DNA of 63,008 nt, filler included, from Octopus bimaculoides (lineage: Eukaryota): assembly GCF_001194135.2 (NCBI RefSeq). It is 6 parts of 5 records of this genome, joined end to end, with 100 filler letters (N's around TTAATTAATTAA, not from the genome) between each part and the next. Parts side by side here need not be neighbours in the genome. Positions count along the whole stretch, not along the records: positions 36,850 to 54,602 come from NC_068995.1; 5 more parts are not named here. One strand, written 5' to 3'. A program made the position numbers and the translations under genes. The notes below the pieces were generated by a model. It was given only the letters and a program-made list of their open reading frames with translations. It had not been told where the DNA came from and did no database searches. This document shows positions 39,291 through 52,379 of this stretch, one piece after another (within the stretch, counting starts at the first letter, position 1; each line of letters opens with the position of its first letter).

Positions 39291-39380
39291 TTTTACTCTT
39301 TTACTCTTTTACTTGTTTCAGTCATTTGACTGTGGCCATGCTGGAGCACCGCCTTTAGTCGAGCAAATCGACCCCAGGAC
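39291..39380 (-). mobile_element. SINE family A 3' end
   Basis: Reverse complement GTCCTGGGGTCGATTTGCTCGACTAAAGGCGGTGCTCCAGCATGGCCACAGTCAAATGACTGAAACAAGTAAAAGAGTAAAAGAG. Confidence 0.85.
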
Positions 39381-40046
39381 ACACACACATAAATGCATGC
39401 GCGATTCTGCGACAATAAAAATCTACAAGAATTTTTTATGTTTTAAGGAAGACAACCTGTATAATATATATAAAAAAAGATCAAAAGAAAAAAGAAGTAA
39501 AGGAAAACCACAGGTCCCTTTTCTATCGGAAATTGCCACCGAATATGGCACTAATTAGATAAAACCTTGGAGGAGTCAATAAGAATAAACAACCTACAAA
39601 GAAAGTGACCATATCTTTCAAGTATAATTTGTAAGCGGAACAATAGGAACATGTAAGACTTTTCTAAAATTCTACATGGGGCGCTTTAGACATCGTTGTC
39701 CAAACTACAATGGAGCTCTGTTCCTTTGTGAGAAACTAACTCCTGTGTGTGAAGAATGAAAATAAATAAAGAAAGGAAGATAATGGAAACACAGAGACAT
39801 ATATTAATAGATGCATTCATATATACATTCATACATAGTTCACTATAATTTCATCCTTTTACTCGTTCATATACACTAACATATCCATAGAGATAGGTAA
39901 ATGTTTACATACACAAATATACAAAAAAGCACACATACACAAGTTAACAAGCGTATAAACACACACATATATACCTGTATACAAACTTATGTCAATATTA
40001 CACACATGCACATATAATTTAGACACACACACACATACACACACAA

Positions 40047-40266
40047 ACAAAGGGATGCTGAAAAGTTCCTGGCTTTTGTTAAAAGAAAATAGGGAAGGAT
40101 CAATTAATTATGATTTTATTCAACATATTCCCTTCTTATATTCACACATTTATTGGAGTGGTTCTTCAGTTTTTCTAAGTCCTATAAAAGGACTCGGATG
40201 TTTGGGGCTACAGCCAGGCCTTTCACGACACCCTTAAAACCAGGAACTTTGCAGTGACCCCTCGTA
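40047..40266. mobile_element. Mariner-type MITE (about 220 bp)
   Basis: Left AGGGATGCTGAAAAGTTCCTGG versus right CCAGGAACTTTGCAGTGACCCCTCG+TA; the TIR resembles that of the mariner at 33042. Confidence 0.7.
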
Positions 40267-41850
40267 TATATAAAAAATGTGTCTGTCTATCTATCTATCT
40301 ATCTATCTATCTATATATCTACACACAGACACACATACACACAAACACACACACACACACAGATACATGCATACCCGTATAAAGACACTATAACATATAT
40401 ATACACAGATACATACACACTTGTACGGCACGTCATGTGTAGTAGGACGCCAGCAAGGCGGCCCGGACTACCGCACATCTAGCACCGTGGTAAACAATAC
40501 ATCAACAGAGTGATGTAATTATATCTTCGCATTGTAAGCTGGATCTATGCGGATCGATATTTCTATAGTTATCACTAATCTCCTTAATATAAAAAAGGCT
40601 CTAACTGGATTATGTAGAGAGTAAGTGCTGTAGTTCGGGGTTAAAAATATCCGACATGGCAGTGATAAATGGTACGAGGAGATTAATATATACATACGCA
40701 TTCACTAGTTCACACGGGATAAAAACACACGCAACATACACACACACACATACATGTACACACACGCGCATGCTACATGCACACACACACACACACTCAC
40801 ACACATTACATGAAGAAAATAACATACGATATACATAGGCACAGACACATATATACATAGAGATCTTTATATACATGACGCTATTTAAGCGTCTCTATAT
40901 GTATATATGTGTGCGCATGTGTATGTGTTTCTGAGTGTATGTGTGTATTTGCATGTATACTTATTGAGTAGTGAATTTTATGTGTGTGCTTGTATAATAC
41001 ATATATCTGTGTAAATATATATACATACATACATACATATATATANNNNNNNNNNNNNNNNNNNNNNNNNNNNNNNNNNNNNNNNNNNNNNNNNNNNNNN
41101 NNNNNNNNNNNNNNNNNNNNNNNNNNNNNNNNNNNNNNNNNNNNNNNNNNNNNNNNNNNNNNNNNNNNNNNNNNNNNNNNNNNNNNNNNNNNNNNNNNNN
41201 NNNNNNNNNNNNNNNNNNNNNNNNNNNNNNNNNNNNNNNNNNNNNNNNNNNNNNNNNNNNNNNNNNNNNNNNNNNNNNNNNNNNNNNNNNNNNNNNNNNN
41301 NNNNNNNNNNNNNNNNNNNNNNNNNNNNNNNNNNNNNNNNNNNNNNNNNNNNNNNNNNNNNNNNNNNNNNNNNNNNNNNNNNNNNNNNNNNNNNNNNNNN
41401 NNNNNNNNNNNNNNNNNNNNNNNNNNNNNNNNNNNNNNNNNNNNNNNNNNNNNNNNNNNNNNNNNNNNNNNNNNNNNNNNNNNNNNNNNNNNNNTTTTTT
41501 ATATGTCTATATTTGGATATTTTAAATTAACTTCATGAACTTTATAAAATTTCTGAAGAGGCCTAGCGAATCATCAATGTACCTCTATTTCATCCATTTC
41601 ATCTACTTCAGGCTACTGGAGTTATATAGATAGAATGAGGCATGTCACCCATAGAATGAAACAGCTGTAAGCCATTGTCCCATTTTCGGTCACTAGATGT
41701 CCTTTTTTAATTACGGATATCACATAATATGTTACATGTGTTTGTATATTGTTATTATTGTCCTCTTAGTTAACAAATAAACAGGTAAATTGGCACAATA
41801 CAATGTCTGCAAGTTGATGAATACCACCTATTCTCCTCCATTTTCTTATT

Positions 41851-41995
<145 letters not shown>

Positions 41996-42493
41996 CTGTA
42001 TATAATATATATATCATAATGATATATATTCTCCGATTTGAGGCGACAATTTCTTTTGAAATATAAACAAATGACCGAAAATTGATGAGCTAATCCCAGG
42101 TTGAATCGAACTCTCAAAGCCATTCAGGTTTGTTTATAAAATTATTATTTATATAGTATGAAGACAGTTTAAGTATATATTAAATAAATTTGAGTACAAT
42201 TGATGAATGAGCGTTTGGCCTACCTGATTCGCAAGGAGCCACGAAAGCGTTGATTTGTGAGTTCGATTCAGATGAAAATAGCTCATCTCTTTTTGGTCAA
42301 TTGTTTATATTTAGAAAAAAAATGTCGCTTCAAATCGGAGAATAAATATCATTATGATGTATATTTTATACAGTTATTATACTCTGAGCCTTCCATTGTA
42401 GTTTTCTCTCCGTAAATCGCAAAATCTTTCGGGTTTGTTTATGAAAACATTATTTATATGTGTTTATATATATATACGCACACACACATATAA

Positions 42494-42759
42494 GGAGCAC
42501 TCCGTCAGTTACAACGACGATGGTCCCAGCTGATCCGATCAACGGAACAGCTTGCTCGTGAAATTAACGTGCGAGTGGCTGAGCAGCCGACAGACGCGTG
42601 TACCCTTAACGTAGTTCTGAGGGAGATTCAGCGTGACAAGACCGGCCTTTTGAAATACAGGTACAACTCATTTTTGCCACCTGAGTGGACAGGAGCAGCG
42701 TGAAATAAAGTGTCTTGCTCAAGGACACAACTCGTCACCGAGAATTGAACTCACGACCT
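42494..42759 (-). mobile_element. SINE family C, head truncated at (TA)n and a gap
   Basis: Closely matches 48986-49262. Confidence 0.88.
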
Positions 42760-43182
42760 ATATATATATATATATANNNNNNNNNNNNNNNNNNNNNNNN
42801 NNNNNNNNNNNNNNNNNNNNNNNNNNNNNNNNNNNNNNNNNNNNNNNNNNNNNNNNNNNNNNNNNNNNNNNNNNNNNNNNNNNNNNNNNNNNNNNNNNNN
42901 NNNNNNNNNNNNNNNNNNNNNNNNNNNNNNNNNNNNNNNNNNNNNNNNNNNNNNNNNNNNNNNNNNNNNNNNNNNNNNNNNNNNNNNNNNNNNNNNNNNN
43001 NNNNNNNNNNNNNNNNNNNNNNNNNNNNNNNNNNNNNNNNNNNNNNNNNNNNNNNNNNNNNNNNNNNNNNNNNNNNNNNNNNNNNNNNNNNNNNNNNNNN
43101 NNNNNNNNNNNNNNNNNNNNNNNNNNNNNNNNNNNNNNNNNNNNNNNNNNNNNNNNNNNNNNNNNNNNNNNNNNNNNNNNNN

Positions 43183-43228
<46 letters not shown>

Positions 43229-43383
43229 TAGATAACAATTGTAACGAATACGGAGACTAGTACATCTGAATATTGTTTTCTACAGTTACTATACAGCAAA
43301 TTTGGTTTAAGTCTGTCCGATGCACATTTCTGCAGCGTAGATAACTAGCAACCGTATTTGCATCCAGTTACTTTCGACTGGTT

Positions 43384-43477
43384 GTGGAGCCGCAATGGCC
43401 CAGTGGTTAGGGCAGCAGACTCGCGGTCTTAGGATCGCAGTTTCGATTCCCAGACCGGGCGTTGTGAGTGTTTATTG
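43384..43477 (+). mobile_element. SINE family C' tRNA-like head only
   Basis: GTGGAGCCGCAATGGCCCAGTGGTTAGGGCAGCAGACTCGCGG...TTTCGATTCCCAGACCGGGCGTTGTGAGTGTTTATTGA; matches 53010-53103. Confidence 0.8.
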
Positions 43478-43650
43478 AAAGGATTAATACTATTTAATGT
43501 CTCGTTAGATTATTGTTAAACACTGCTTGCTATGAGACTACTATTCAATCAATATTCCTTCGTTATGTATATCAAAACAATAATTTCCAGTGTATATATC
43601 TGCCTGTGTACATACAGCCTTACGTTATATATATTTATGAATGTGTGCGC

Positions 43651-43682
<32 letters not shown>

Positions 43683-44169
43683 GCGTGTCCATGCTTTTAC
43701 ATACAGATATACTTCGTATGTTAGCGTGCCGCTGCTACGGAGCATCCAAGTGAAGTATACAATGGCCAGCGTTCTCATTGTTGACACATTCATCATCACC
43801 GTCGTTGTCCTCTTCGGCGAGATCATCATCATCAAAAAACGACAGCTCTGGATATTAACGTTCGTACACACGGTTAAACAGAGACTACGACACGTACACA
43901 CACACACATTTCCATATCTGATGAGTATGTGTGTATGTGTGTATGTGTTTATGTGTATGTGTGTATTTATGTAGATGGTGCCTTTCAATAGGCAATGTTC
44001 TCCCTAACCTCTTTTTTCGTCATTGTCAGCAAACTACCTATCACTGCCACCATCTTTTCTCGGTACAGTTCATTAAAGTACGTTACAGGTTTCTTTTATA
44101 ACTTCAACGTTCGCTCAAGACCGGTTCATTGTCTTTAAACTTGCCTTCAACAATAGAAACAAGTGCGTG

Positions 44170-44212
<43 letters not shown>

Positions 44213-44990
44213 GTGTGTGTCCATGCGCGCGTGTGTGTCTGTGAACATATATATATATATAACCAAATACATGTGAGTGTATGTACTTAGGGATGTGTGT
44301 GTGTGTATATATATGTATACATATATGTATACATGCATATATATGTGTATATATATATNNNNNNNNNNNNNNNNNNNNNNNNNNNNNNNNNNNNNNNNNN
44401 NNNNNNNNNNNNNNNNNNNNNNNNNNNNNNNNNNNNNNNNNNNNNNNNNNNNNNNNNNNNNNNNNNNNNNNNNNNNNNNNNNNNNNNNNNNNNNNNNNNN
44501 NNNNNNNNNNNNNNNNNNNNNNNNNNNNNNNNNNNNNNNNNNNNNNNNNNNNNNNNNNNNNNNNNNNNNNNNNNNNNNNNNNNNNNNNNNNNNNNNNNNN
44601 NNNNNNNNNNNNNNNNNNNNNNNNNNNNNNNNNNNNNNNNNNNNNNNNNNNNNNNNNNNNNNNNNNNNNNNNNNNNNNNNNNNNNNNNNNNNNNNNNNNN
44701 NNNNNNNNNNNNNNNNNNNNNNNNNNNNNNNNNNNNNNNNNNNNNNNNNNNNNNNNNNNNNNNNNNNNNNNNNNNNNNNNNNNNNNNNNNNNNNNNNNNN
44801 NNNNNNNNNNNNNNNNNNNNNNNNNNNNNNNNNNNNNNNNNNNNNNNNNNNNNNNNNNNNNNNNNNNNNNNNNNNNNNNNNNNNNNNNNNNNNNNNNNNN
44901 NNNNNNNNNNNNNNNNNNNNNNNNNNNNNNNNNNNNNNNNNNNNNNNNNNNNNNNNNNNNNNNNNNNNNNNNNNNNNNNTATACAGGTAG

Positions 44991-45250
44991 GTAGTTGTTT
45001 ACTCCCTATGCAGAGTTTGACCACCTCCCGTACCTACACCTTATCACCGTCATGGCCTCTGATGTGGCTTTTTAAACCAGACAATGTTCTGAAAAGATAC
45101 CCACATAGATTGCACCTCCGATTTGGACCACCAAGAGCTGCAGATAAGTTCTGCTCTTTGTGGATCTTAGAATGTCTTTTGAGGCCTTCGTTGGATACGC
45201 AAACCTTCTGGCATGCACTGCATTGAAAGGTGTGTACACACAAGCACACA
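44991..45250 (-). mobile_element. Dispersed C2H2-finger repeat, probable RTE-like LINE 3' end (copy 2)
   Basis: FQCSACQKVCVSNEGLKRHSKIH and RCNLCGYLFRTLSGLKSHIRGH, then the same 3' terminus as 24125-24176. Confidence 0.7.
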
Positions 45251-45337
45251 CATTCGTTAATGTTTGCTTTAATGTGATGTCATACATAATATTAAACTAA
45301 AAGGTTATTCAAACTGTATCTTAGACCAGTGCTACTA

Positions 45338-45393
45338 CTATGCCTTTGATCGACCTGCTTGAAATACCTGCAGAATCTCCCTCAAATCACACA
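45338..45393 (-). repeat. Old interspersed repeat (family D); similar segments at 61777-61838 (+), 62021-62086 (+) and possibly 700-770 (+)
   Basis: Shared degenerate motif GTGTGATTTGAG.GA.AT..GC.G.TATTTC.AGCA.G.CGA..ACCACATAGAGACTC. Confidence 0.45.
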
Positions 45394-45876
45394 TCTCAAT
45401 CTCACGTTAGGAGTGATACATTAGGATGCTCATAGCTGGAACGCATTTGATCTTAGTACTCGATCAACTTTGAACTGTGACTTGGAATTAAGCAACATTC
45501 ACAGCAAAAACAACACACTTTCAAAATATTTTTCTTCCGTTAGTCTGTGTTTTTTTCTTTCTTTTTTTTTTTTCTGTAATCTTTAAATTTATTTCTGTAT
45601 AGAAGCTAACATAAACCCTTTTGATACCAATAGGATTAAAACCATTTCTGTGATAAATAGAGTTTATTATTTCAAAATGATCTTATGGAAAAAAAAAAAA
45701 AAACTTCCATCAAAATTTCCTATAAATTTAAATTTATATTCTAAACACCAGCTTATTAAGGACAAAATTATTTTAGAAACTCTTCATTATTTCCAAAATA
45801 ATCGAAACGAAAGGTGAACATTTCAATAGAAATATGGTAGTAAAAATGTCAAAAGTCCTAATCTGTTAGTAATATT

Positions 45877-46003
45877 GTTTTCATATGTTGGCACAAGGCC
45901 AGCAGTTTCGGGGAAGGGGATAAGTCTATTACATCGACTCAGAACTCAGAACCTGAAGACAGACGAAATTCCGCTAAGCATTTCTTTTACGGTGCGCTAA
46001 CAC
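45877..46003 (-). mobile_element. SINE family B with an internal deletion
   Basis: GGCACAAGGCCAGC...ACATCGAC|TCAGAAC...AGACGAAATTCCGCTAAGCATTTC. Confidence 0.65.
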
Positions 46004-46120
46004 TCGTAGAATCACAGTATTTATTGATACTTCGGTTTATACATAGATGAAGTTGATTACAATGATGACGATGATGAGGTGGAGGAAAATATGCAAATGT
46101 CATCATAATCTTAATGATAA

Positions 46121-46153
<33 letters not shown>

Positions 46154-46736
46154 TGATGATGATGATGATGATGANNNNNNNNNNNNNNNNNNNNNNNNNN
46201 NNNNGGAGGAGGTGGAGGAGGAGGAGGTGGAGGAGGAGGAGGTGGATAAAATGGATGAGAATGTTGAGTAAAAGCCGTAATGTTTCCTAATGCAACATTT
46301 TTGATAATTCTTCGCAAAATAGTCGGAATTGGAATGTAAGAATTATTTTCTACAATTGCTTCGGGCCGGTATTAACTGAGAATTAACATTAAATTTTAGA
46401 ACAAAGAAATAGTTACAAAGAATTTGGAATTATTAATGTTAAAATAAAAATCCTTTACTTCCTAGACATTTTGTCGTCTGATTTCTCTGTGACGATTTTT
46501 ATTTTATGTATTTATTTGTTTTATATTCTATGTCGAAGACCTATTTAATATTTAAGAATTGCATTTTGCTTTGAAAATTGTTTTAAAGCTTCGGTTAAGA
46601 TTGACTTAGAAATTTTTGTTATAAACGTATTGAGAACAAAGAACGGATGAAATCAATGGCTTACATCGGCACCATCCAATTATTGCAAGCGCTGGAAACA
46701 AATCATAGAAAACAAACAATTTTAGCGAGCCAGAAG

Positions 46737-46789
<53 letters not shown>

Positions 46790-46860
46790 GAAGAAGAAGA
46801 AGAAGAAGAAGAAGAAGAAGAAGAAGAAGAAGAAGAAGAAGAAGAAGAAGAAGAAGAAGA
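46737..46860. repeat. (ATT)n abutting (AGA)n microsatellite
   Basis: Directly visible. Confidence 0.97.
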
Positions 46861-47014
46861 GTGTAACTGTTAATGGTAATACGTAGAGATTGACTCTGTT
46901 TATTAAAATGAAACGAACGAACAATATTTCGACACTCCGTGTGTCTTTTATAAGTTCAAAATATAAAATGAAATGAAATTCAAAGATAGGAAACGCTGTT
47001 GGAGTTTCTTAACG

Positions 47015-47720
47015 CTGCACCCGCTAAAAACATCCATAAGAGCGGTAAGCTCTGTTCATTGTGCAATATCATGTGTGAGATCAATAGGATCAAGTATTAT
47101 CAGAGAAATGTTATGATCTATACTGAAGGAGGGGCCTGTAAGGATTCCCATTTGGTGTATGCAGCGGGATGCACTAAACACAAAATGATTTATGTTGGTT
47201 GCAAGACAGAACGATTACAAAAATGCTTTAACGGACATAGGTACGATGTCAGGCATAATAACAGTGGTTCCACGGAAATTGCGGAGCGTTTCACACACAC
47301 ACACACACACACAAATTTGAGATTTAAGGAAGAAACAAAACCCGATGAGTTTTATACCGTCAATGGATTAACCATGAACACTTCCAATGCATTCTGAGGC
47401 AACTGTGATCATCGCTAATATACCCAAGTTTTTCTAAATGAAAACAATTAGAGATATTTAAGAGAAGCAATAGTTTCGATTTTTGTGCTTATAAATTTGA
47501 AGCGTAGATTTTTGACATACGAACTTTAGATGAAACAAAATAACAGTCTAGACGTTATATTTCCTTCTCTTCGATCCTTTGTTCTTCCTTCCTTCAGACG
47601 AAGAGCCATGCTCGAAACGTTACACCAGCCTCTTTTTCCATCTTAAACTAATCGTCTACCTAATACATTCATTATGTACGTCATTTTGACTTCCGTTGTT
47701 GTAACTTTTATTTTCAATTT
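47015..47720 (+). mobile_element. Penelope-like element 3' fragment: GIY-YIG endonuclease and pLTR-like tail
   Basis: KLCSLC...CKDSHLVYAAGCTKHKMIYVGCKTERLQKCFNGHRYDV (VY-x-YVG-x-R/K-F-N-H, a GIY-YIG variant with CxxC). Downstream CAGACGAAGAGCCATGCTCGAAACGTT at 47595-47621. Confidence 0.75.
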
Positions 47721-48985
47721 GCCTATATATATACAGTCTATACATACCACAAGGTATGAAAATACGTATTCGCCTTTATATATTTAATTCTTTATATTGA
47801 ACACTCAATATTTCATATATTCAATAAGACACATTTCATATATTCAATAATACATTCAATACTTCATTTCATTGTACCATCTATTTTTATATTTGATATT
47901 ATATATTCCATATTCTATATCCCACATTAAATTTACAAGAATATAAATAAAACCTAAAAAACAGACAGAGTTGGAACTCTTTTAAATAAGATAATATATT
48001 CCTCTATACACGNNNNNNNNNNNNNNNNNNNNNNNNNNNNNNNNNNNNNNNNNNNNNNNNNNNNNNNNNNNNNNNNNNNNNNNNNNNNNNNNNNNNNNNN
48101 NNNNNNNNNNNNNNNNNNNNNNNNNNNNNNNNNNNNNNNNNNNNNNNNNNNNNNNNNNNNNNNNNNNNNNNNNNNNNNNNNNNNNNNNNNNNNNNNNNNN
48201 NNNNNNNNNNNNNNNNNNNNNNNNNNNNNNNNNNNNNNNNNNNNNNNNNNNNNNNNNNNNNNNNNNNNNNNNNNNNNNNNNNNNNNNNNNNNNNNNNNNN
48301 NNNNNNNNNNNNNNNNNNNNNNNNNNNNNNNNNNNNNNNNNNNNNNNNNNNNNNNNNNNNNNNNNNNNNNNNNNNNATATATATGTATATATATATATAT
48401 GTATGTATATATGTATGTATATATGTATGTATATATGTATGCATGTATATGTATATATTATCGAACACGCGTACTCAGTGCTTGTACTTTACTTGTTCAC
48501 CGGTATCATTGCGCATCATTGAACATGTGTTTGTTAATGTTTACAGTACTAGAGCTGTGTCTAATTCGTAAGTGAATATATCATATATCTACATACATAT
48601 GTGAGTGTGTATGTGTGTGTGTGCATGCGTGTGTGTGTGTGTATAACAGCTATGACAACTATACAATAATTATACATTAAATAGCACAGCATCATGCACC
48701 CTGCGTAAATGATCACGTGTTATTGATATAGCGGTGGATATTCCACACAGCATGATGATCTTTCATGGAGCATTAATTTATCTATTGAAATGTTATAGTC
48801 TTCCATCGATCATTAATATACCAATTTCAACATTAATGCAACTTGATTTGAGTGTGAACGAGCCAACTTTCCTGTACGTGAGATCGAAGGCCGTTTTGAA
48901 GTCGATGAAATTAACCGCACTAAGGCTGCTTTAAATCGCGACTCGGCTTGACGATGTTACATAACGTGTGGATCTGATCACTTTA

Positions 48986-49311
48986 GGAGCACTCCGTCGG
49001 TTACGACGACGAGGGTCCCAGCTGATACGATCAACGGAACAGCTTGCTCGTGAAATTAACGTGCAAGTGGCTGAGCAATCCACAGACACGTGTACCCTTA
49101 ACGTAGTTCACAGGGAGATTCAGCGTGACACAGAGTGTGACAAAGCCGGCCCTTTGAAATACAGGTACTACTCATTTTTGCCAGCTGAGTGGACTGGAGC
49201 AACGTGAAATAAAGTGTCTTGCTCAAGGACACAACGCGTCGCCGAGAATCGAACTCACGACCTTACAATCTCGAGCCGAATGCCCTAACCACTAAGCCGC
49301 GCGCCTTCACG
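48986..49311 (-). mobile_element. SINE family C, full length with 10-bp TSD
   Basis: Minus strand tRNA-like head GGCTTAGTGGTTAGG...GTTCGATTC, GTGTCCTTGAGCAAGACACTT core, and tail ending CGTAACCGACGGAGTGCTCC. GATCACTTTA at 48976-48985 and 49312-49321. Confidence 0.93.
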
Positions 49312-51059
49312 GATCACTTTACCGGAAGACGCTTAACTTGATAGGTTAAAAAATGAGAACAGAGAGATGCATTCGACACCGTGATAGAGGTACATCAGTG
49401 TACTGTCGCATTTTTGTTATATTGCTGCCTGAGGATCAAACATGCGGTATCAAATCAGGGATGACTCATAAACTATGACTTAGCTAACGAATTGAACTGG
49501 GACCGTTTAGAACCCCATCTACATTAACGTAATACTTGATTACCAGTCTCAGCAATAGTGGCTCAAAAGTTGGTCTTTAGATCAGTAATGAATAAATAGA
49601 AGTGATGAATGTTGCCTACTCACATCAGCAACGAGTCTGTCTGGAATGCCAGACTCTATAGAATATTACTGTTGTTGTTTGTCAACTGGAGATAAACCAG
49701 AGTTAAGAAAAACTATGGAAAAATCACGAGGCTACGAAAAACCTGCTTCAGTTTCTGTTGTGTCATTTTTAACATTGTTAAATGAAATTTATAAGATCTG
49801 GCTGCTCTTTCAAGCCACCCAAATGATGATTTAGGGGCTTGTTCTTTGTTTCAGGTGTATCACAGTAGAAGTTTGGTATATTAAGTTTGCATTAAATAGG
49901 TGCAGAAAAACTTTATTATTATACAAATTTAACTGAGGATACAGAGATTTGAAGCTATCATTCCTTTCCAAAGGTTTTATGACACGAAATGGTTATGTTC
50001 CAGAAAGCATGTCTCCTATACATTTCACCGAAACAATTGCTGACGCAGTGTGAAAAGATATTTTACACAGCTGGTGCGTTAATGGCTGCAATTTAGTTTT
50101 AACATTCAGTTCAGAAGTGAACATCAATCTAAGACGTTTTAGGATTCCTTTGAACTAAACGCTTTTTTCTTCTCTGCCATTCACAAGTGTTTTGTTGCAA
50201 ATATTTCATCGATTTCTAAATATTTCTAATCTTTTGAAATTTTTCTTTAATAATAAAAAAAAAAAATATTTAAAAAACTGTTGAATTATCAGAAATTGCA
50301 ATATACATTTCAAAACCTTTCCGTTTCTCTCTAATATATATATATATATATATANNNNNNNNNNNNNNNNNNNNNNNNNNNNNNNNNNNNNNNNNNNNNN
50401 NNNNNNNNNNNNNNNNNNNNNNNNNNNNNNNNNNNNNNNNNNNNNNNNNNNNNNNNNNNNNNNNNNNNNNNNNNNNNNNNNNNNNNNNNNNNNNNNNNNN
50501 NNNNNNNNNNNNNNNNNNNNNNNNNNNNNNNNNNNNNNNNNNNNNNNNNNNNNNNNNNNNNNNNNNNNNNNNNNNNNNNNNNNNNNNNNNNNNNNNNNNN
50601 NNNTTTTGCTAGCATAAAACTCGTACATTTTATATGAAGTGCTGCTTTAAGAATGAAGAATATTCCTTTTCTGGCAGATAACATTAAATCATTCTAATAG
50701 AAGGAGGTGACGCATCATCATTCGGTACCATTTACACCCCTATTCAGTTGAAGTTGGTGGCTTAGCGTGAGAAATTATTCTATCATAATAGAGTCAATAG
50801 GGGGCCTGATTGGATAATAAAATACAAATGCAAAAAAAAAAAAAGAAAAAAAGAAGAAAAAGCAACAACAACTGTAAACAAACAAAAATCTCTCTCTTTC
50901 ACTTGTCTCTCTTCGATGATGGTTTACATAACACGCACGCACACATCTACACAGATACATGTACGCACTGATAACACCGTTTGAGTGATAGAGAAAACGT
51001 ACGTCTCACACTTACAATATCTGTTACATGCGTGCTCTTGGATGAGTGCATGTGTAAAC

Positions 51060-51112
<53 letters not shown>

Positions 51113-51588
51113 CATATATATANNNNNNNNNNCTGGGTGCACTAGGGTTGGTTTATATGGCAAATACCTGCACGTTCTTAGCGAGATATACGCGTGTCAT
51201 AATGGAAGGAGGGATTAAATGAAATCGTAAGAGAGTGAGAGGGAAGAGGAAGAGAGATTTGAGAACGAGAGAGTGAGTGAGAGGCAGAGAGAGAGAGAGG
51301 TGGGAGGCTAAATGGTGATCATAGTTGAACAACACATGCGTGCATGCGTTTGTATGTGACGTATAGGTATCACCTAGGAAAAGGGGAGGGTGTGACTATG
51401 TGAGTTGGCGTCAGTGTGTGAAAGTGGATGCGAAGACGTGCATGCTTATGTGTGTTTGTGTGTAGGAGAGAAGGGAACGCGCGAATAAACGAATGAATGA
51501 ATGGAAGATTAATAAAAGGATCTGACATTGGAGACATGTTAGCCATTTTGGTGTCTTTTTACAAAGTTTCAGAAAGAAAGAAAGAAAA

Positions 51589-51619
<31 letters not shown>

Positions 51620-51724
51620 ATATAAGAGATAGAGAGAAGCGAGTTCTTCAATCTGAGCATTTTTCCTCAATTGTTGCTAATCTTTATCGCTACCATTCAT
51701 TATTCCTGACACACAAGAAATACA

Positions 51725-51841
51725 GCATCATTTACTACCACCATCATCACCATCATCACCATCATCAACATCAACATCATCATCATAATCGTCATCGTCA
51801 TCATAACCCTCATCATCACCATCATCACCATCATCATCGTT

Positions 51842-51875
<34 letters not shown>

Positions 51876-52140
51876 CCACCACCACCACCACCACCACCAC
51901 CACCACCACCATTACCACCACCATCACCATCGTCGTCATCACCATCATCAGCATTATACATAGCATTTCTGTTTCCAGCGTCATCCCCACCGTTACCATG
52001 ACCACAGCAAACACAACCAACATTACAAACATCCCCATCCCATCGTCACCACCCCTACCATAATCACCATAACTACCACAGGTAATATCATCACTAAAGC
52101 TATAACCATTATTACTACCATGAATCCTAATGTCACCACT
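51725..52140. repeat. Degenerate (CAT/CAC)n trinucleotide field
   Basis: Directly visible. Confidence 0.9.
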
Positions 52141-52379
52141 ACAACCGTTTCATGCGCGGCTTTAGCTCTACTGCTCAGCACATCGGGCAAGTAACTTGGT
52201 TCATATCATTGTGCTCTTCGATGTGAAACGCGTTAAAAGACTTTGTGGACACCCTGTATAAATCTACATACTGAGTGACCCTCCACCCAAACCCCCCAAA
52301 CCCCATAAAAATTTTATTAAAGCCTATAAAGTTTCAGCAAATTTCTTGAACTTCGGTCTGTGCACGATCTTTCTCTTCG

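Noticed and set aside
44991-45250. C2H2 fingers as a host zinc-finger gene
   Set aside because: Two dispersed copies share a retroposon-like 3' terminus, lack TGEKP-type linkers, and one is internally deleted. Kept as a TE-associated finding instead.
49235-49311. tRNA-like sequences (also 53010-53085, 43384-43460, 20152-20220)
   Set aside because: They have A/B boxes but no complete cloverleaf or T-run terminator, and continue into multi-copy SINE bodies with TSDs.
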